A stretch of DNA of 24,000 nucleotides from Bacillus sp. FJAT-29790 (GTDB lineage Bacteria; Bacillota; Bacilli; Bacillales; Cytobacillaceae): NCBI RefSeq assembly GCF_019039215.1, contig NZ_JAHNZZ010000001.1, positions 2,082,341-2,106,340 of the forward strand, written 5' to 3'. Of this stretch, positions 1 to 8,067 are shown in pieces. The notes below the pieces were generated by a model. It made no database searches. It was not told where the DNA came from and saw only the letters and a list, made by a program, of their open reading frames with translations. Made by a program: the position numbers and the translations under genes. Each line of letters opens with the position of its first letter. Position 1 is the stretch's first letter.

Positions 1-422
1 TGCTGTAGAATTCGTTTTTGAATCGTATCAGCAATTTCTAGAGGTGTTCCATACTCATAGCTTTCTGTTATATCCACATAGCCTTCATCAATCGAGACAG
101 GTTCAACGAGGACAGAATATTGGCTTAAAATCTCAAACATCCCAATGGAAGCAGCCCGGTACCGATCGAAGTTAGGCTTTTTTACAATCAGCTGCGGACA
201 AAGCTTCTTCGCTTCCCATAAAGGCATCGTTGTTTTTACACCAAAGCTTCTTGCTTCATAGCTGCACGTTACAATGATCCCTCGCCGTTCCTCTGGATTG
301 CCAGCAATGGCCAAAGGCTTCCCTTTTAAAGAAGGATGATAGGCCATCTCCACTGATGCATAAAAACTATTCATATCAACATGCAAAATGACACGCCCAT
401 TTTTCGGATACATTTGTTTCAT
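1..422 (-). CDS. dinB: Y-family DNA polymerase IV, N-terminal part (gene runs off the window start)
   Basis: Hand translation of the minus strand from the ATG at 420-422 gives MKQMYPKNGRVILHVDMNSFYASVEMAYHPSLKGKPLAIAGNPEERRGIIVTCSYEARSFGVKTTMPLWEAKKLCPQL...SIDEGYVDIT. The DMNSFYASVE and SIDE motifs are characteristic of DinB/PolY1. An AAGGAAG SD sits 7 nt upstream. Its position matches yqjH/polY1 in B. subtilis synteny. It is absent from the ORF track because it is truncated. Confidence 0.85.
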   Translation of the reverse strand, partial: MKQMYPKNGRVILHVDMNSFYASVEMAYHPSLKGKPLAIAGNPEERRGIIVTCSYEARSFGVKTTMPLWEAKKLCPQLIVKKPNFDRYRAASIGMFEILSQYSVLVEPVSIDEGYVDITESYEYGTPLEIADTIQKRILQ

Positions 423-490
423 GCCGACACTTCCTTGCACGTATTCTCCTTATATTTTAACAAAATGAGCTAGTTTGTTTCATCTTTAAA

Positions 491-523
491 CAAAAAAACA
501 GAGGTTCATCTTCAACCCTCTGC
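491..523 (-). terminator. Rho-independent terminator after the cheW-like gene
   Basis: The minus strand reads CAGAGG-GTTGAAGATGAA-CCTCTG followed by TTTTTTT, 10 nt after the stop codon. Confidence 0.7.
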
Positions 524-533
524 TCAAATGTAC

Positions 534-1010
534 TTATATAGTTTCTTTTTGGGACTTCATAAATTCCTGTATTTCTCTAATCCCATCAAGTGAGTTAACC
601 AATATAGACGGGTCAATCATGGTGACTACTCGTGAATCCAGGTTTGCGATGCCTGAAAAATAAGTCGTCTTTTGGTAACCAATCAGCCCTACCTGCTTTA
701 ATTTATCAGCTGGGATATCAATGATTTCCTTTGCATCTGCCACAATTACACCGATCGAAAGCGCATCGGTCTGTAAAACTAGCATTTTAGTTAATTCATT
801 AGCCCCAATTGACTGGTTATAAAGTATTTTTCCAAAATCAACAACTGGAATTAGTTCACCTCTAACTTTAGTAATCCCATTCACATAATTAGGTAAATGA
901 GGGATTGGAGTAATCCCGTCCACTTTTTCAATTGAAATCACAAATTGGATCTGTATTGCATATTCTTCCTGCCCAACTTGAAATACTACGACTTTATTTG
1001 TTTCTTCCAT
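534..1010 (-). CDS. cheW: CheW-like chemotaxis coupling protein (single CheW domain, 158 aa)
   Basis: Its size and sequence (VVVFQVGQEEYAIQIQFVISIEK...PHLPNYVNGITKVRGELIPVVDFGK) are typical of CheW. An AGGAGGG SD lies 7 nt before the ATG at 1008-1010. It stands alone, not in a che operon. Confidence 0.75.
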   Translation of the reverse strand: MEETNKVVVFQVGQEEYAIQIQFVISIEKVDGITPIPHLPNYVNGITKVRGELIPVVDFGKILYNQSIGANELTKMLVLQTDALSIGVIVADAKEIIDIPADKLKQVGLIGYQKTTYFSGIANLDSRVVTMIDPSILVNSLDGIREIQEFMKSQKETI

Positions 1011-1174
1011 AGCAAAACCCTCCTGTGATCAAGTGGGTATATTTCCCCTATATATATATTACAAATATACCATAACTGTTGGAATAAGAACTAGTCAATA
1101 GATACAAAATTACTAGATAAAGTGAATCTTCCATCAGTAATAATCGGGATAAAAGAAAAATAATAATAATTTCA

Positions 1175-1224
1175 TAAAAAAAGAATTAGGAGCCTAATCT
1201 TCTGTATCATCAAGGCCCTAATTC
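1175..1224 (-). terminator. Terminator after mtlD
   Basis: The minus strand reads AGAATTAGG-GCCT..loop..AGGC-T-CCTAATTCT followed by a T7 run. Confidence 0.6.
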
Positions 1225-1241
1225 TATCCCATAGCTAATAT

Positions 1242-2399
1242 TTATTTAGTTGCCTTCAACTGATTGTATTGCTCAACAATCCCTGCAAACAATTTCAATG
1301 TTGGACCAAGCTGTGTATACTTCTCAATCGCTGTTTCTAGTCCGTATTCCTTGATAACAGTTTGAACTTGTACTGCTTCCTTATCACCTTGATAATCATA
1401 CATGAAAGCTGCGGCAATCCCTTTCAAAAGATATTCAGGCTCTTTTCCAGTCACTTCAGCATATTGTCTTGCAGGGCTAACCAGGCGGTCGTTTGGTCCA
1501 AGCTTACGAATCGGTGAACGTCCTACTCTTGTGACTTCGTCAACAATATAAGAATTAGAGAAGCGTCCGATTATCTTTTGAATGTATTTCATATGGTCAG
1601 CTTGGTTGAAGCCGTATTTTTTTACTAAAAATTCACCGCTTTCTTTAAGCGCCCCCTCAACCAAGTCGCTAATTTGCCGATTCTTCATTGCCTGATTGAT
1701 GGTGTCCACTCCGAAATAATAACCAAAGTAGGCAGCCAACGCATGCCCTGTATTGACAGTGAATAGCTTACGTTCAATATAGGGTACTAATTCTTGAACA
1801 TATGTGATTCCTTTAACAGGCGGTTTTTCTCCGATAATCTTTGGCTCCTCTACCACCCATTCATAAAACGGTTCAACCTTCACCATGAGTTTATCTTCAT
1901 TCACTTGATTCGGAACAATGCGGTCGACCGTGGAATCCGGAAAGCCAAAGAGCCCTTCAAATTTTGACTTTTCGTTAACTGTTAATTTTTCAAAAATCTT
2001 CTCTTTTAAAAGTGAACTGCCGCCAATCATATTTTCACATGCAATAATATTTAGTGGGGTATTTGTTTGTTCCACACGTTTGCGCAAACCATCCGCAATT
2101 AAACCTGAAATCATAGGAAGAATATTTGGCCCGATCGCAGTTGTTACTAAATCAGCTTCTGCAATTGCAGCAATCACTTGCTCTGGGTTTGACGCACTAT
2201 TGATTGCTCTTACATTTTTAATCATAATCTCTTCTTGCATCTGGTCTGCAAGCACAACCCGATACTCTTGTTTTTCATTTAGTAAACGGACAATTTCGTC
2301 GTTTACATCTACAAAGCAAGTTTCATACCCGGAATGATATAATAAATTCCCGATAAATCCGCGGCCGATATTTCCCGCTCCAAAGTGGACAGCTAACAT
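1242..2399 (-). CDS. mtlD: Mannitol-1-phosphate 5-dehydrogenase
   Basis: The 385-aa protein has the N-terminal Rossmann motif HFGAGNIGRGFIG. Its length and context after mtlF fit MtlD. The ATG is at 2397-2399, preceded by a GAAGAGG SD. Confidence 0.92.
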   Translation of the reverse strand: MLAVHFGAGNIGRGFIGNLLYHSGYETCFVDVNDEIVRLLNEKQEYRVVLADQMQEEIMIKNVRAINSASNPEQVIAAIAEADLVTTAIGPNILPMISGLIADGLRKRVEQTNTPLNIIACENMIGGSSLLKEKIFEKLTVNEKSKFEGLFGFPDSTVDRIVPNQVNEDKLMVKVEPFYEWVVEEPKIIGEKPPVKGITYVQELVPYIERKLFTVNTGHALAAYFGYYFGVDTINQAMKNRQISDLVEGALKESGEFLVKKYGFNQADHMKYIQKIIGRFSNSYIVDEVTRVGRSPIRKLGPNDRLVSPARQYAEVTGKEPEYLLKGIAAAFMYDYQGDKEAVQVQTVIKEYGLETAIEKYTQLGPTLKLFAGIVEQYNQLKATK

Positions 2400-2400
2400 A

Positions 2401-2838
2401 TTAGTTTACCTCTTCAAAGATTGCTAAAATTTCATCCGCTGATTTTGCGGAAACCAGCTTCTCAATATTTTCTTCTTCTGAACAAACAATCGCAATCTTA
2501 GATAGAATATCTAAATGTTCATTATCTTTACCAGCAATTCCAATTAATAGCTTTACGATGTTTCCAGCACCGAAGTCCACACCTTGAGGAACTTGAATGA
2601 AGGAAATTCCCGATTCTTTAACAAACGACTTCGACTCCTCGGTACCATGTGGAATCGCTACAAAATTACCCATGTAAGTAGAGGTTAATTGTTCTCTTTC
2701 AAGCATTTTTTCGATATAGTTTGAGTCCACATAACCTTTTTCCACAAGAATGCTTCCTGTTAATTTAATTGCTTCTTCTTTAGATGCTACAGCGGCATTT
2801 AATAAAATATTTTCTTTTGCCAAAATGGATTTCGTCAT
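2401..2838 (-). CDS. mtlF: PTS mannitol-specific EIIA component
   Basis: The 145-aa protein has an EIIA-Mtl/Fru-type fold with the phospho-His motif VAIPHGT. It is tightly packed between mtlR and mtlD, with gaps of 2 and 1 nt. Confidence 0.9.
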   Translation of the reverse strand: MTKSILAKENILLNAAVASKEEAIKLTGSILVEKGYVDSNYIEKMLEREQLTSTYMGNFVAIPHGTEESKSFVKESGISFIQVPQGVDFGAGNIVKLLIGIAGKDNEHLDILSKIAIVCSEEENIEKLVSAKSADEILAIFEEVN

Positions 2839-2840
2839 GA

Positions 2841-4964
2841 TTAAACACTCCTAAATTCTTGTAATTTCTCATTGAAAAATTGATCCAATCTTGCTGTAAG
2901 CAATCCTGCTATCTTGACATAGTCTTGTGATTGAAAAACGGCTATATTTTCTTCACTTTCAATTAACAATGAGCTTAAATAACTTAACACTTCTAATGCT
3001 TTTTCCGATGTATTTGTAGGCGATAGCAGTAATACTAAAAACTTCATTTCCACTTCATTTTCATCCATACCGGCAACCTTTATTGGCGTTTGCAGGACAG
3101 TTATACCAAAGCTCGGATGCATCACATGTGGTGAAAGTGTATGAAATAATGCCATCCCCGTTTCAGGAATACCAATTGCCCCAAGCCTTTCTCTTTCAAG
3201 GAGTTTCTTAACGACAGCTTCTATATCGTCAATTTTTTGTTTATTAAAGAGCTTTAGACAAGCTTGAGTTAATATTTCTTCTTTAGTTATGTACCCGCTT
3301 ATTTCGTTTACTTCAAACCCCTTAAGTATAGTGCCAATCGTTTCCGCATATTCGCGGATACGATGCATTTCCTCAATTAACTTGGCTGCACTCTTTTTGC
3401 TCACATTGGCATTGAACGTGACTGGGAGATGTTTTTCGGTAATGTTCACGATCCTATATTCATTGATAAAGGAACGAATCTTCTCAATCTCATCTTTATT
3501 TAAAAATGGATTTACCACAATATAATCTAATTCATAATCCGGAATAGGGATCGTGGAAATCACTAATTGATAATCAGCACTTTTCATTCTTCTAAATTCC
3601 ATGACAGACACATTTTGGATATGCTTTAGTTCAGGGAACTCTTTTTGTAATCTTGTTGCTAGCATTTTAGATGTACCAATCCCACTTGAACAAACTACAA
3701 GAGTTTTAAAGTTTATAAGCTCTCTGTTGCCCATAACCGCTGCTCCAAAATGCATGACAAGATACCCTATTTCCTCTTCAGGAACATAAAAACCATGCAA
3801 TACCTGCTCTGCTGCCTGTTTGACGATTACAAACAAATCAGCATAATCTCGTTTAATTTTATCTAACAATGGGTTACTTATCCCCATCTTTTGCTTCATT
3901 CGATAGATAGCTGGCTTTAAATGCATGACAAGTCCTTCAAACAAGGAGCGATTTGCCGATAAGTCCATTCCGATGGATTTCCCAACATTTTCAATTAGGT
4001 TCTTTGTCATAATGGCAACCTGTAAGCTGGTATCCTCGTTAAAATATTCATTATCATGCCTTAGCTTCGCACCTTTTAAGTGCATAGTTATGTATGCAAT
4101 CTCTGCCTCAGGTATGTTAATAGTAAAAACTTGCTCCAATTGAGCAACAATTTTTTCTGCAAATTTGTATTCTTTCGTTACTTTTTGATTATCCAAATAG
4201 GATTGATTAATAATAATCCCTTCGCCTTTTAGTATTCGTTCCACAGCCAATGCTAAATGAACGACTAAACCAATATAGGCACTATCGGCCATCGAAAAAG
4301 GTAGTTCCTGGACAATCGAACTCACTATTTTTTCAACAGTAACGAGCTTTTTCTTTTCAACAAGTCCCATAAGTCTTTCAGAGATGGTATGAATTTGCTG
4401 GACCGATCGCTTTTGAATATTTTCACGTGTCAATGAGAGAATTTCTGATTCATCAAGATATTCAGAGATTAGACTGCTCATGGCCCTTCTTTTAGCGCCT
4501 TCATCACCTTCTAATTCAACTCCATAGCCTCTTCTTCGAATGAGCGCTAAACCAAAGGTTTGTAATCTCTCTTCCAGTTTGGTTAAATCAGCACTCACCG
4601 TAGCAATCGTAATATTTAAATCGTTGGCAAGACTAAGAAGTTTTATAGGTTCATTTGTTTCTAATAGCTCACTTAAAATAATGGTTTGTCGTTCATCCGG
4701 CGTATATTCTGTATGCGAGAGATTAAACAAATGCAGCTCCAGTTCGCGAATTTTGTTATGTTCACCTATTATTTGGACGCCAACCCCTGATTTTTTCAGT
4801 AATGAGAGGTTGTATTCCCCGAGAATAATCTCTACGTTTTTTAAATCCCGATGGATCGTCCTTCCACTTACACCAATTTGATCTGCAAGATCTTTCACGG
4901 TCATTTCATCCGTATTCTTAAATAAGATTTCAAGGATTTGTCTTTCCCTTGCGGAAATATACAT
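2841..4964 (-). CDS. mtlR: PRD-containing transcriptional activator MtlR (HTH, Mga-like, 2 PRDs, EIIB-like, EIIA-like)
   Basis: The long ORF has an N-terminal HTH (RERQILEILFKNTDEMTVKDLADQIGVSGRTIHRDL), PRD-type histidines and a C-terminal EIIA-like region. I moved the start to the ATG at 4962-4964 (MYISARE...), which has a GAGGGAG SD. The ORF-track start 30 nt upstream lacks an SD. Confidence 0.9.
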   Translation of the reverse strand: MYISARERQILEILFKNTDEMTVKDLADQIGVSGRTIHRDLKNVEIILGEYNLSLLKKSGVGVQIIGEHNKIRELELHLFNLSHTEYTPDERQTIILSELLETNEPIKLLSLANDLNITIATVSADLTKLEERLQTFGLALIRRRGYGVELEGDEGAKRRAMSSLISEYLDESEILSLTRENIQKRSVQQIHTISERLMGLVEKKKLVTVEKIVSSIVQELPFSMADSAYIGLVVHLALAVERILKGEGIIINQSYLDNQKVTKEYKFAEKIVAQLEQVFTINIPEAEIAYITMHLKGAKLRHDNEYFNEDTSLQVAIMTKNLIENVGKSIGMDLSANRSLFEGLVMHLKPAIYRMKQKMGISNPLLDKIKRDYADLFVIVKQAAEQVLHGFYVPEEEIGYLVMHFGAAVMGNRELINFKTLVVCSSGIGTSKMLATRLQKEFPELKHIQNVSVMEFRRMKSADYQLVISTIPIPDYELDYIVVNPFLNKDEIEKIRSFINEYRIVNITEKHLPVTFNANVSKKSAAKLIEEMHRIREYAETIGTILKGFEVNEISGYITKEEILTQACLKLFNKQKIDDIEAVVKKLLERERLGAIGIPETGMALFHTLSPHVMHPSFGITVLQTPIKVAGMDENEVEMKFLVLLLSPTNTSEKALEVLSYLSSLLIESEENIAVFQSQDYVKIAGLLTARLDQFFNEKLQEFRSV

Positions 4965-5011
4965 ACTTCTCACTCCCTCAAAGTCGACCGTCAACCTTCA
5001 GTCTTACGATG

Positions 5012-5033
5012 TTGCCAAAATTTCTAATGACAA
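5012..5033. promoter_or_regulatory. Imperfect inverted repeat TTGCCA-N10-TGACAA upstream of mtlR, candidate MtlR operator
   Basis: It has the same TTGNCA-N10-TGNCAA architecture as the site at 6666-6687 upstream of mtlA. On the minus strand the two sites share the 9-mer TTGGCAACA. Confidence 0.4.
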
Positions 5034-5118
5034 TATAAATTTTATCCCCATCTATCCCACTATACAACAGAAGCTTTATTATTTAGTCAACTTCATTGTT
5101 GACATTATTAAAATGGAC

Positions 5119-5148
5119 GAAAGCCTAGCACATTGCATCTAGGCTTTT
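5119..5148 (-). terminator. Hairpin between mtlA and mtlR, probably a partial terminator or attenuator
   Basis: A 9-bp stem (AAAGCCTAG/CTAGGCTTT) begins 8 nt after the mtlA stop. On the minus strand it is followed only by UUUCGUCCAUUUU, a poor U-tract. Confidence 0.4.
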
Positions 5149-5155
5149 TGTTACA

Positions 5156-6574
5156 CTATTTCTTTAAATTATTTACTAATTCCTCATACCTAGGACTATT
5201 TAAAAAGTTTTCTACTGAAATATGCTTAGCGATTGGAAGTTTTGCTTTTGCGCGGTCTGTTAAGTCTTTGTGGGTAATGACCACATCAGCGTCTTCTGGT
5301 AAATTGTTAATTGCTGTGTTAATTACCGTTACATCTAAGCCAGCCTTTTGCATTTTGTTTCTTAATATAGACGCACCCATTGCACTTGATCCCATACCAG
5401 CATCACAGGCAAAAACAATTTTGTTTACATTTTCAGGATTAATAGCATCTTGTGCGCTTGTTAAAACTGAAGAAACAGAGCTTTTCTTGCCTTTCATTTC
5501 TTCCATCTTTGCTGCCGCGGAAGATAAATCCTCATCAGTTGCTTTGCTTGTCTTCAAGATTAATGACGCCACAGCGAAGGAAACAGCTGTCGCTACTAAT
5601 ACACCGGCTAATACTCCGACATAATTTCCTTTAGGAGTCATCGCAAGCAGGGCAAAAATACTACCTGGTGATGGCGCTGCCACAAGACCTGCATTAAAAA
5701 GGTTAAACGTGAATACTCCACTAACTCCCCCTGCTATTGCTGCAAGTAAAAGCTTCGGTTTCATTAAGATATATGGGAAGTAAATTTCATGAATTCCACC
5801 TAAGAAGTGGATAATTACTGCACCTGGTGCTGTTTGTTTCGCTGTTCCTTTTCCAAACAACCAGTAAGCAAGCAGGATACCTAATCCTGGGCCAGGGTTT
5901 GTTTCTAGTAAGAAGAGAATTGATTTACCGACTTTTGCCGCTTGATCAATTCCTAAAGGGCTTAAGATCCCATGGTTTATCGCATTATTAAGGAATAGTA
6001 TTTTGGCTGGTTCAATAAAGATATTTGCTAATGGCAATAGGTTTGCATTAACAATCACTTCAACACCTTTTGCTAAGGCCTTACTTAAGCCTTCAACAAC
6101 TGGTCCAACGCCTTTATAAGCTGCTAATGTTAAAAGACCACCTATAATTCCTGCAGAGAAGTTATTAACTAACATTTCAAATCCAGATTTGATTTTACCA
6201 TGAATAGCTTCGTCAAATTTCTTAATGACGTATCCTCCGATTGGCCCCATAATCATGGCTCCTAAAAACATCGGAATATCTGTTCCGACTATTACACCCA
6301 TAGTAGCCGTCGCCCCTACGACACCACCGCGAATGTCATAAACCATTCGACCACCGGTAAATCCAATTAATAATGGCAGTAAGAACGTGATCATTGGGCC
6401 TACAAGTGTAGATAGGTCCTCATTAGGCAGCCAGCCCGTTGGTATAAATAATGCTGTGATAAGTCCCCAAGCGATGAAGGCCCCAATATTCGGCATAACC
6501 ATACCGCTTAAATAACTGCCGACCCTTTGTATTTTTACTTTTACATCTGATTTATCTTTAACTGATTCATTCAT
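5156..6574 (-). CDS. mtlA: PTS mannitol-specific EIICB component
   Basis: It has a polytopic EIIC region followed by an EIIB domain with the phospho-Cys motif [16 protein letters not shown] placed the start at the ATG at 6572-6574 (MNESVKDK...), preceded by GAAGGGGGAAG. The ORF-track start 42 nt upstream has no SD. Confidence 0.92.
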   Translation of the reverse strand: MNESVKDKSDVKVKIQRVGSYLSGMVMPNIGAFIAWGLITALFIPTGWLPNEDLSTLVGPMITFLLPLLIGFTGGRMVYDIRGGVVGATATMGVIVGTDIPMFLGAMIMGPIGGYVIKKFDEAIHGKIKSGFEMLVNNFSAGIIGGLLTLAAYKGVGPVVEGLSKALAKGVEVIVNANLLPLANIFIEPAKILFLNNAINHGILSPLGIDQAAKVGKSILFLLETNPGPGLGILLAYWLFGKGTAKQTAPGAVIIHFLGGIHEIYFPYILMKPKLLLAAIAGGVSGVFTFNLFNAGLVAAPSPGSIFALLAMTPKGNYVGVLAGVLVATAVSFAVASLILKTSKATDEDLSSAAAKMEEMKGKKSSVSSVLTSAQDAINPENVNKIVFACDAGMGSSAMGASILRNKMQKAGLDVTVINTAINNLPEDADVVITHKDLTDRAKAKLPIAKHISVENFLNSPRYEELVNNLKK

Positions 6575-6621
6575 CTCTTCTTCCCCCTTCAACTTATTTG
6601 TTGTAACCTTATACACTTAGA

Positions 6622-6636
6622 TTAAAGCGTTTTCAA
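6622..6636 (-). promoter_or_regulatory. Candidate catabolite-responsive element (cre) in the mtlA leader or promoter
   Basis: Minus-strand TTGAAAACGCTTTAA matches WTGNAANCGNWNNCW at 14 of 15 positions. It lies about 50 nt upstream of the mtlA start. Confidence 0.45.
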
Positions 6637-6665
6637 TAATCAATCAATTTAAACAAAACTTCATT

Positions 6666-6687
6666 TTGTCATTCGGATTGTTGCCAA
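6666..6687. promoter_or_regulatory. Imperfect inverted repeat TTGTCA-N10-TGCCAA upstream of mtlA, candidate MtlR operator
   Basis: It shares its architecture with the site at 5012-5033. It lies about 95-115 nt upstream of the mtlA start, the position expected for an activator site. Confidence 0.45.
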
Positions 6688-6790
6688 TATTTATATTTCT
6701 TTACAAAACGATGAAAAACCAGAAAACTTCTAATTTTTTTCACCTGTAACATTGAAATAAAGTTTGATCAAATTAACTTCTCACAAACAG

Positions 6791-6818
6791 CAAAAAAGAG
6801 AACCGATTCGGTTCTCTT
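6791..6818 (-). terminator. Rho-independent terminator after the M20 peptidase gene
   Basis: The minus strand reads AGAGAACCG-AAT-CGGTTCTCT followed by TTTTTT. Confidence 0.8.
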
Positions 6819-6824
6819 CCCTTG

Positions 6825-7946
6825 CTATTGTGCAGTTACTTCTTCAATGATCGCAATCACCAACTCAGCGAGTTTATTTAATTCTTCAATTGGCATACGC
6901 TCATTTGTTGTATGGATTTCTTCATAGCCGACAGCAAGGTTAACTGTTGGGATGCCGAAGCCTGCGATAACATTTGCGTCACTGCCACCACCGCTATTCA
7001 ATAGCTCACAGCTGCGGCCGATTTTAGCTGCAGCCGCGCGGGCTACTTCGACGACATGGTCACCAGCGCCAAATTTAAAGCCAGGGTACATGATCTGTAC
7101 TTCAACTTCTGCTTTCCCACCCATTTCTTCAGCCGCACTTTCAAAGGCTTCCTTCATTTTGCTGACTTGCTGCTCCATTTTTTCACTAATAAGGGATCGT
7201 GCCTCAGCTAAAATATCGACATGATCACAAACGATATTCGTCTGCCTTCCCCCTTCAAAGCGGCCGATATTAGCAGTCGTTTCTTCATCAATTCGTCCTA
7301 GAGGCATTCTAGAAATCGCTTTGGCTGCCATTGTTATTGCTGAAATGCCTTTTTCCGGCGCAACGCCCGCATGAGCTGTTTTTCCAAGAATCGTTGCTTT
7401 CACCTTTGCTTGGGTTGGGGCAGCGACAATAATATTGCCAACTTTGCCATCACTATCAAGAGCATAGCCGTATTTCGCTTTAATTAAAGCAGGATCGAGG
7501 GCCTTCGCACCGACTAAACCGGACTCTTCTCCAACCGTAATAATAAACTGAATTGTGCCATGTTCAATGTTTTGTTCTTTTAACACTTTAACAACCTCAA
7601 GCATGACAGCTAGACCTGCTTTATCATCAGCGCCTAAAATGGTCGTGCCATCCGTTACAACATAGCCATCTTTAATTGATGGCTTAATTCCGTTTCCAGG
7701 CACGACCGTGTCCATATGAGATGTAAAATAGATCGGATCGACGCTCTCTTTTGCCCCTTGAAGTGTACAAATCAAGTTTCCTGCCCCATGGCCAGTCACT
7801 GCTGTTGTATCATCTTCATACACTTCCACACCTAAATCCCGGAATTTCTTCTTTAACACCTTTGCAATTTGTGTTTCATACTTTGTTTCCGAATCGATTT
7901 GAACAAGCTCTAAAAATTCATTTAACAATCGTTCGTGATTAATCAT
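6825..7946 (-). CDS. yqjE: M20-family metallopeptidase (peptidase T-like / YqjE-like)
   Basis: The M20 metal-binding motifs HMDTV, GADDKAG and GEESG are present. The position downstream of yqjD matches B. subtilis yqjE. The ORF-track start is a TTG inside the SD, so I placed the start at the ATG at 7944-7946 (MINHERL...), with GGAGG 11 nt upstream. Confidence 0.85.
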   Translation of the reverse strand: MINHERLLNEFLELVQIDSETKYETQIAKVLKKKFRDLGVEVYEDDTTAVTGHGAGNLICTLQGAKESVDPIYFTSHMDTVVPGNGIKPSIKDGYVVTDGTTILGADDKAGLAVMLEVVKVLKEQNIEHGTIQFIITVGEESGLVGAKALDPALIKAKYGYALDSDGKVGNIIVAAPTQAKVKATILGKTAHAGVAPEKGISAITMAAKAISRMPLGRIDEETTANIGRFEGGRQTNIVCDHVDILAEARSLISEKMEQQVSKMKEAFESAAEEMGGKAEVEVQIMYPGFKFGAGDHVVEVARAAAAKIGRSCELLNSGGGSDANVIAGFGIPTVNLAVGYEEIHTTNERMPIEELNKLAELVIAIIEEVTAQ

Positions 7947-7986
7947 TAAAGTTGGTACCTCCAAATATTATATGTTTACTAAGCCA

Positions 7987-8014
7987 AGTATACGCCTCTG
8001 CATTCTATTTGCAA
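7987..8014 (-). promoter_or_regulatory. Possible sigma-A promoter for the peptidase gene
   Basis: On the minus strand, TTGCAA (8009-8014), a 16-nt spacer, then TATACT (7987-7992). The -35 lies inside the first TTTGCAAATA repeat. Confidence 0.4.
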
Positions 8015-8057
8015 ATATAACAGGATTTTTGCAAATAAAGTGACTTTTTTGCAAATA
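8008..8057. repeat. Three copies of TTTGCAAATA at an exact 20-bp spacing
   Basis: The copies are at 8008-8017, 8028-8037 and 8048-8057. The core TTTGCAAA is its own reverse complement. Confidence 0.9.
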
Positions 8058-8067
8058 CATTTGGGTT

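Noticed and set aside
4965-4994. N-terminal extensions given by the longest-ORF track for mtlR, mtlA (6575-6616), yqjE (7947-7964), artQ (13947-13967), mutB (19124-19144), bkdB (22589-22606) and brxB (15555-15557).
   Set aside because: In each case the upstream start codon lies within or upstream of the actual SD. The downstream start has a properly spaced SD and gives the N-terminus expected for the family.
5133-5624. Long + strand ORFs antisense to well-supported genes. Examples are 5133-5624, 1918-2337, 4540-4881, 8114-8482, 16425-16700, 17571-17876, 18625-18954, 19673-19972 and 21846-22160.
   Set aside because: They are shadow ORFs inside genes with clear family motifs on the minus strand. 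Their sequences are low-complexity or Ser/Leu/Phe-rich, they lack SD sequences, and they have no recognisable motifs.
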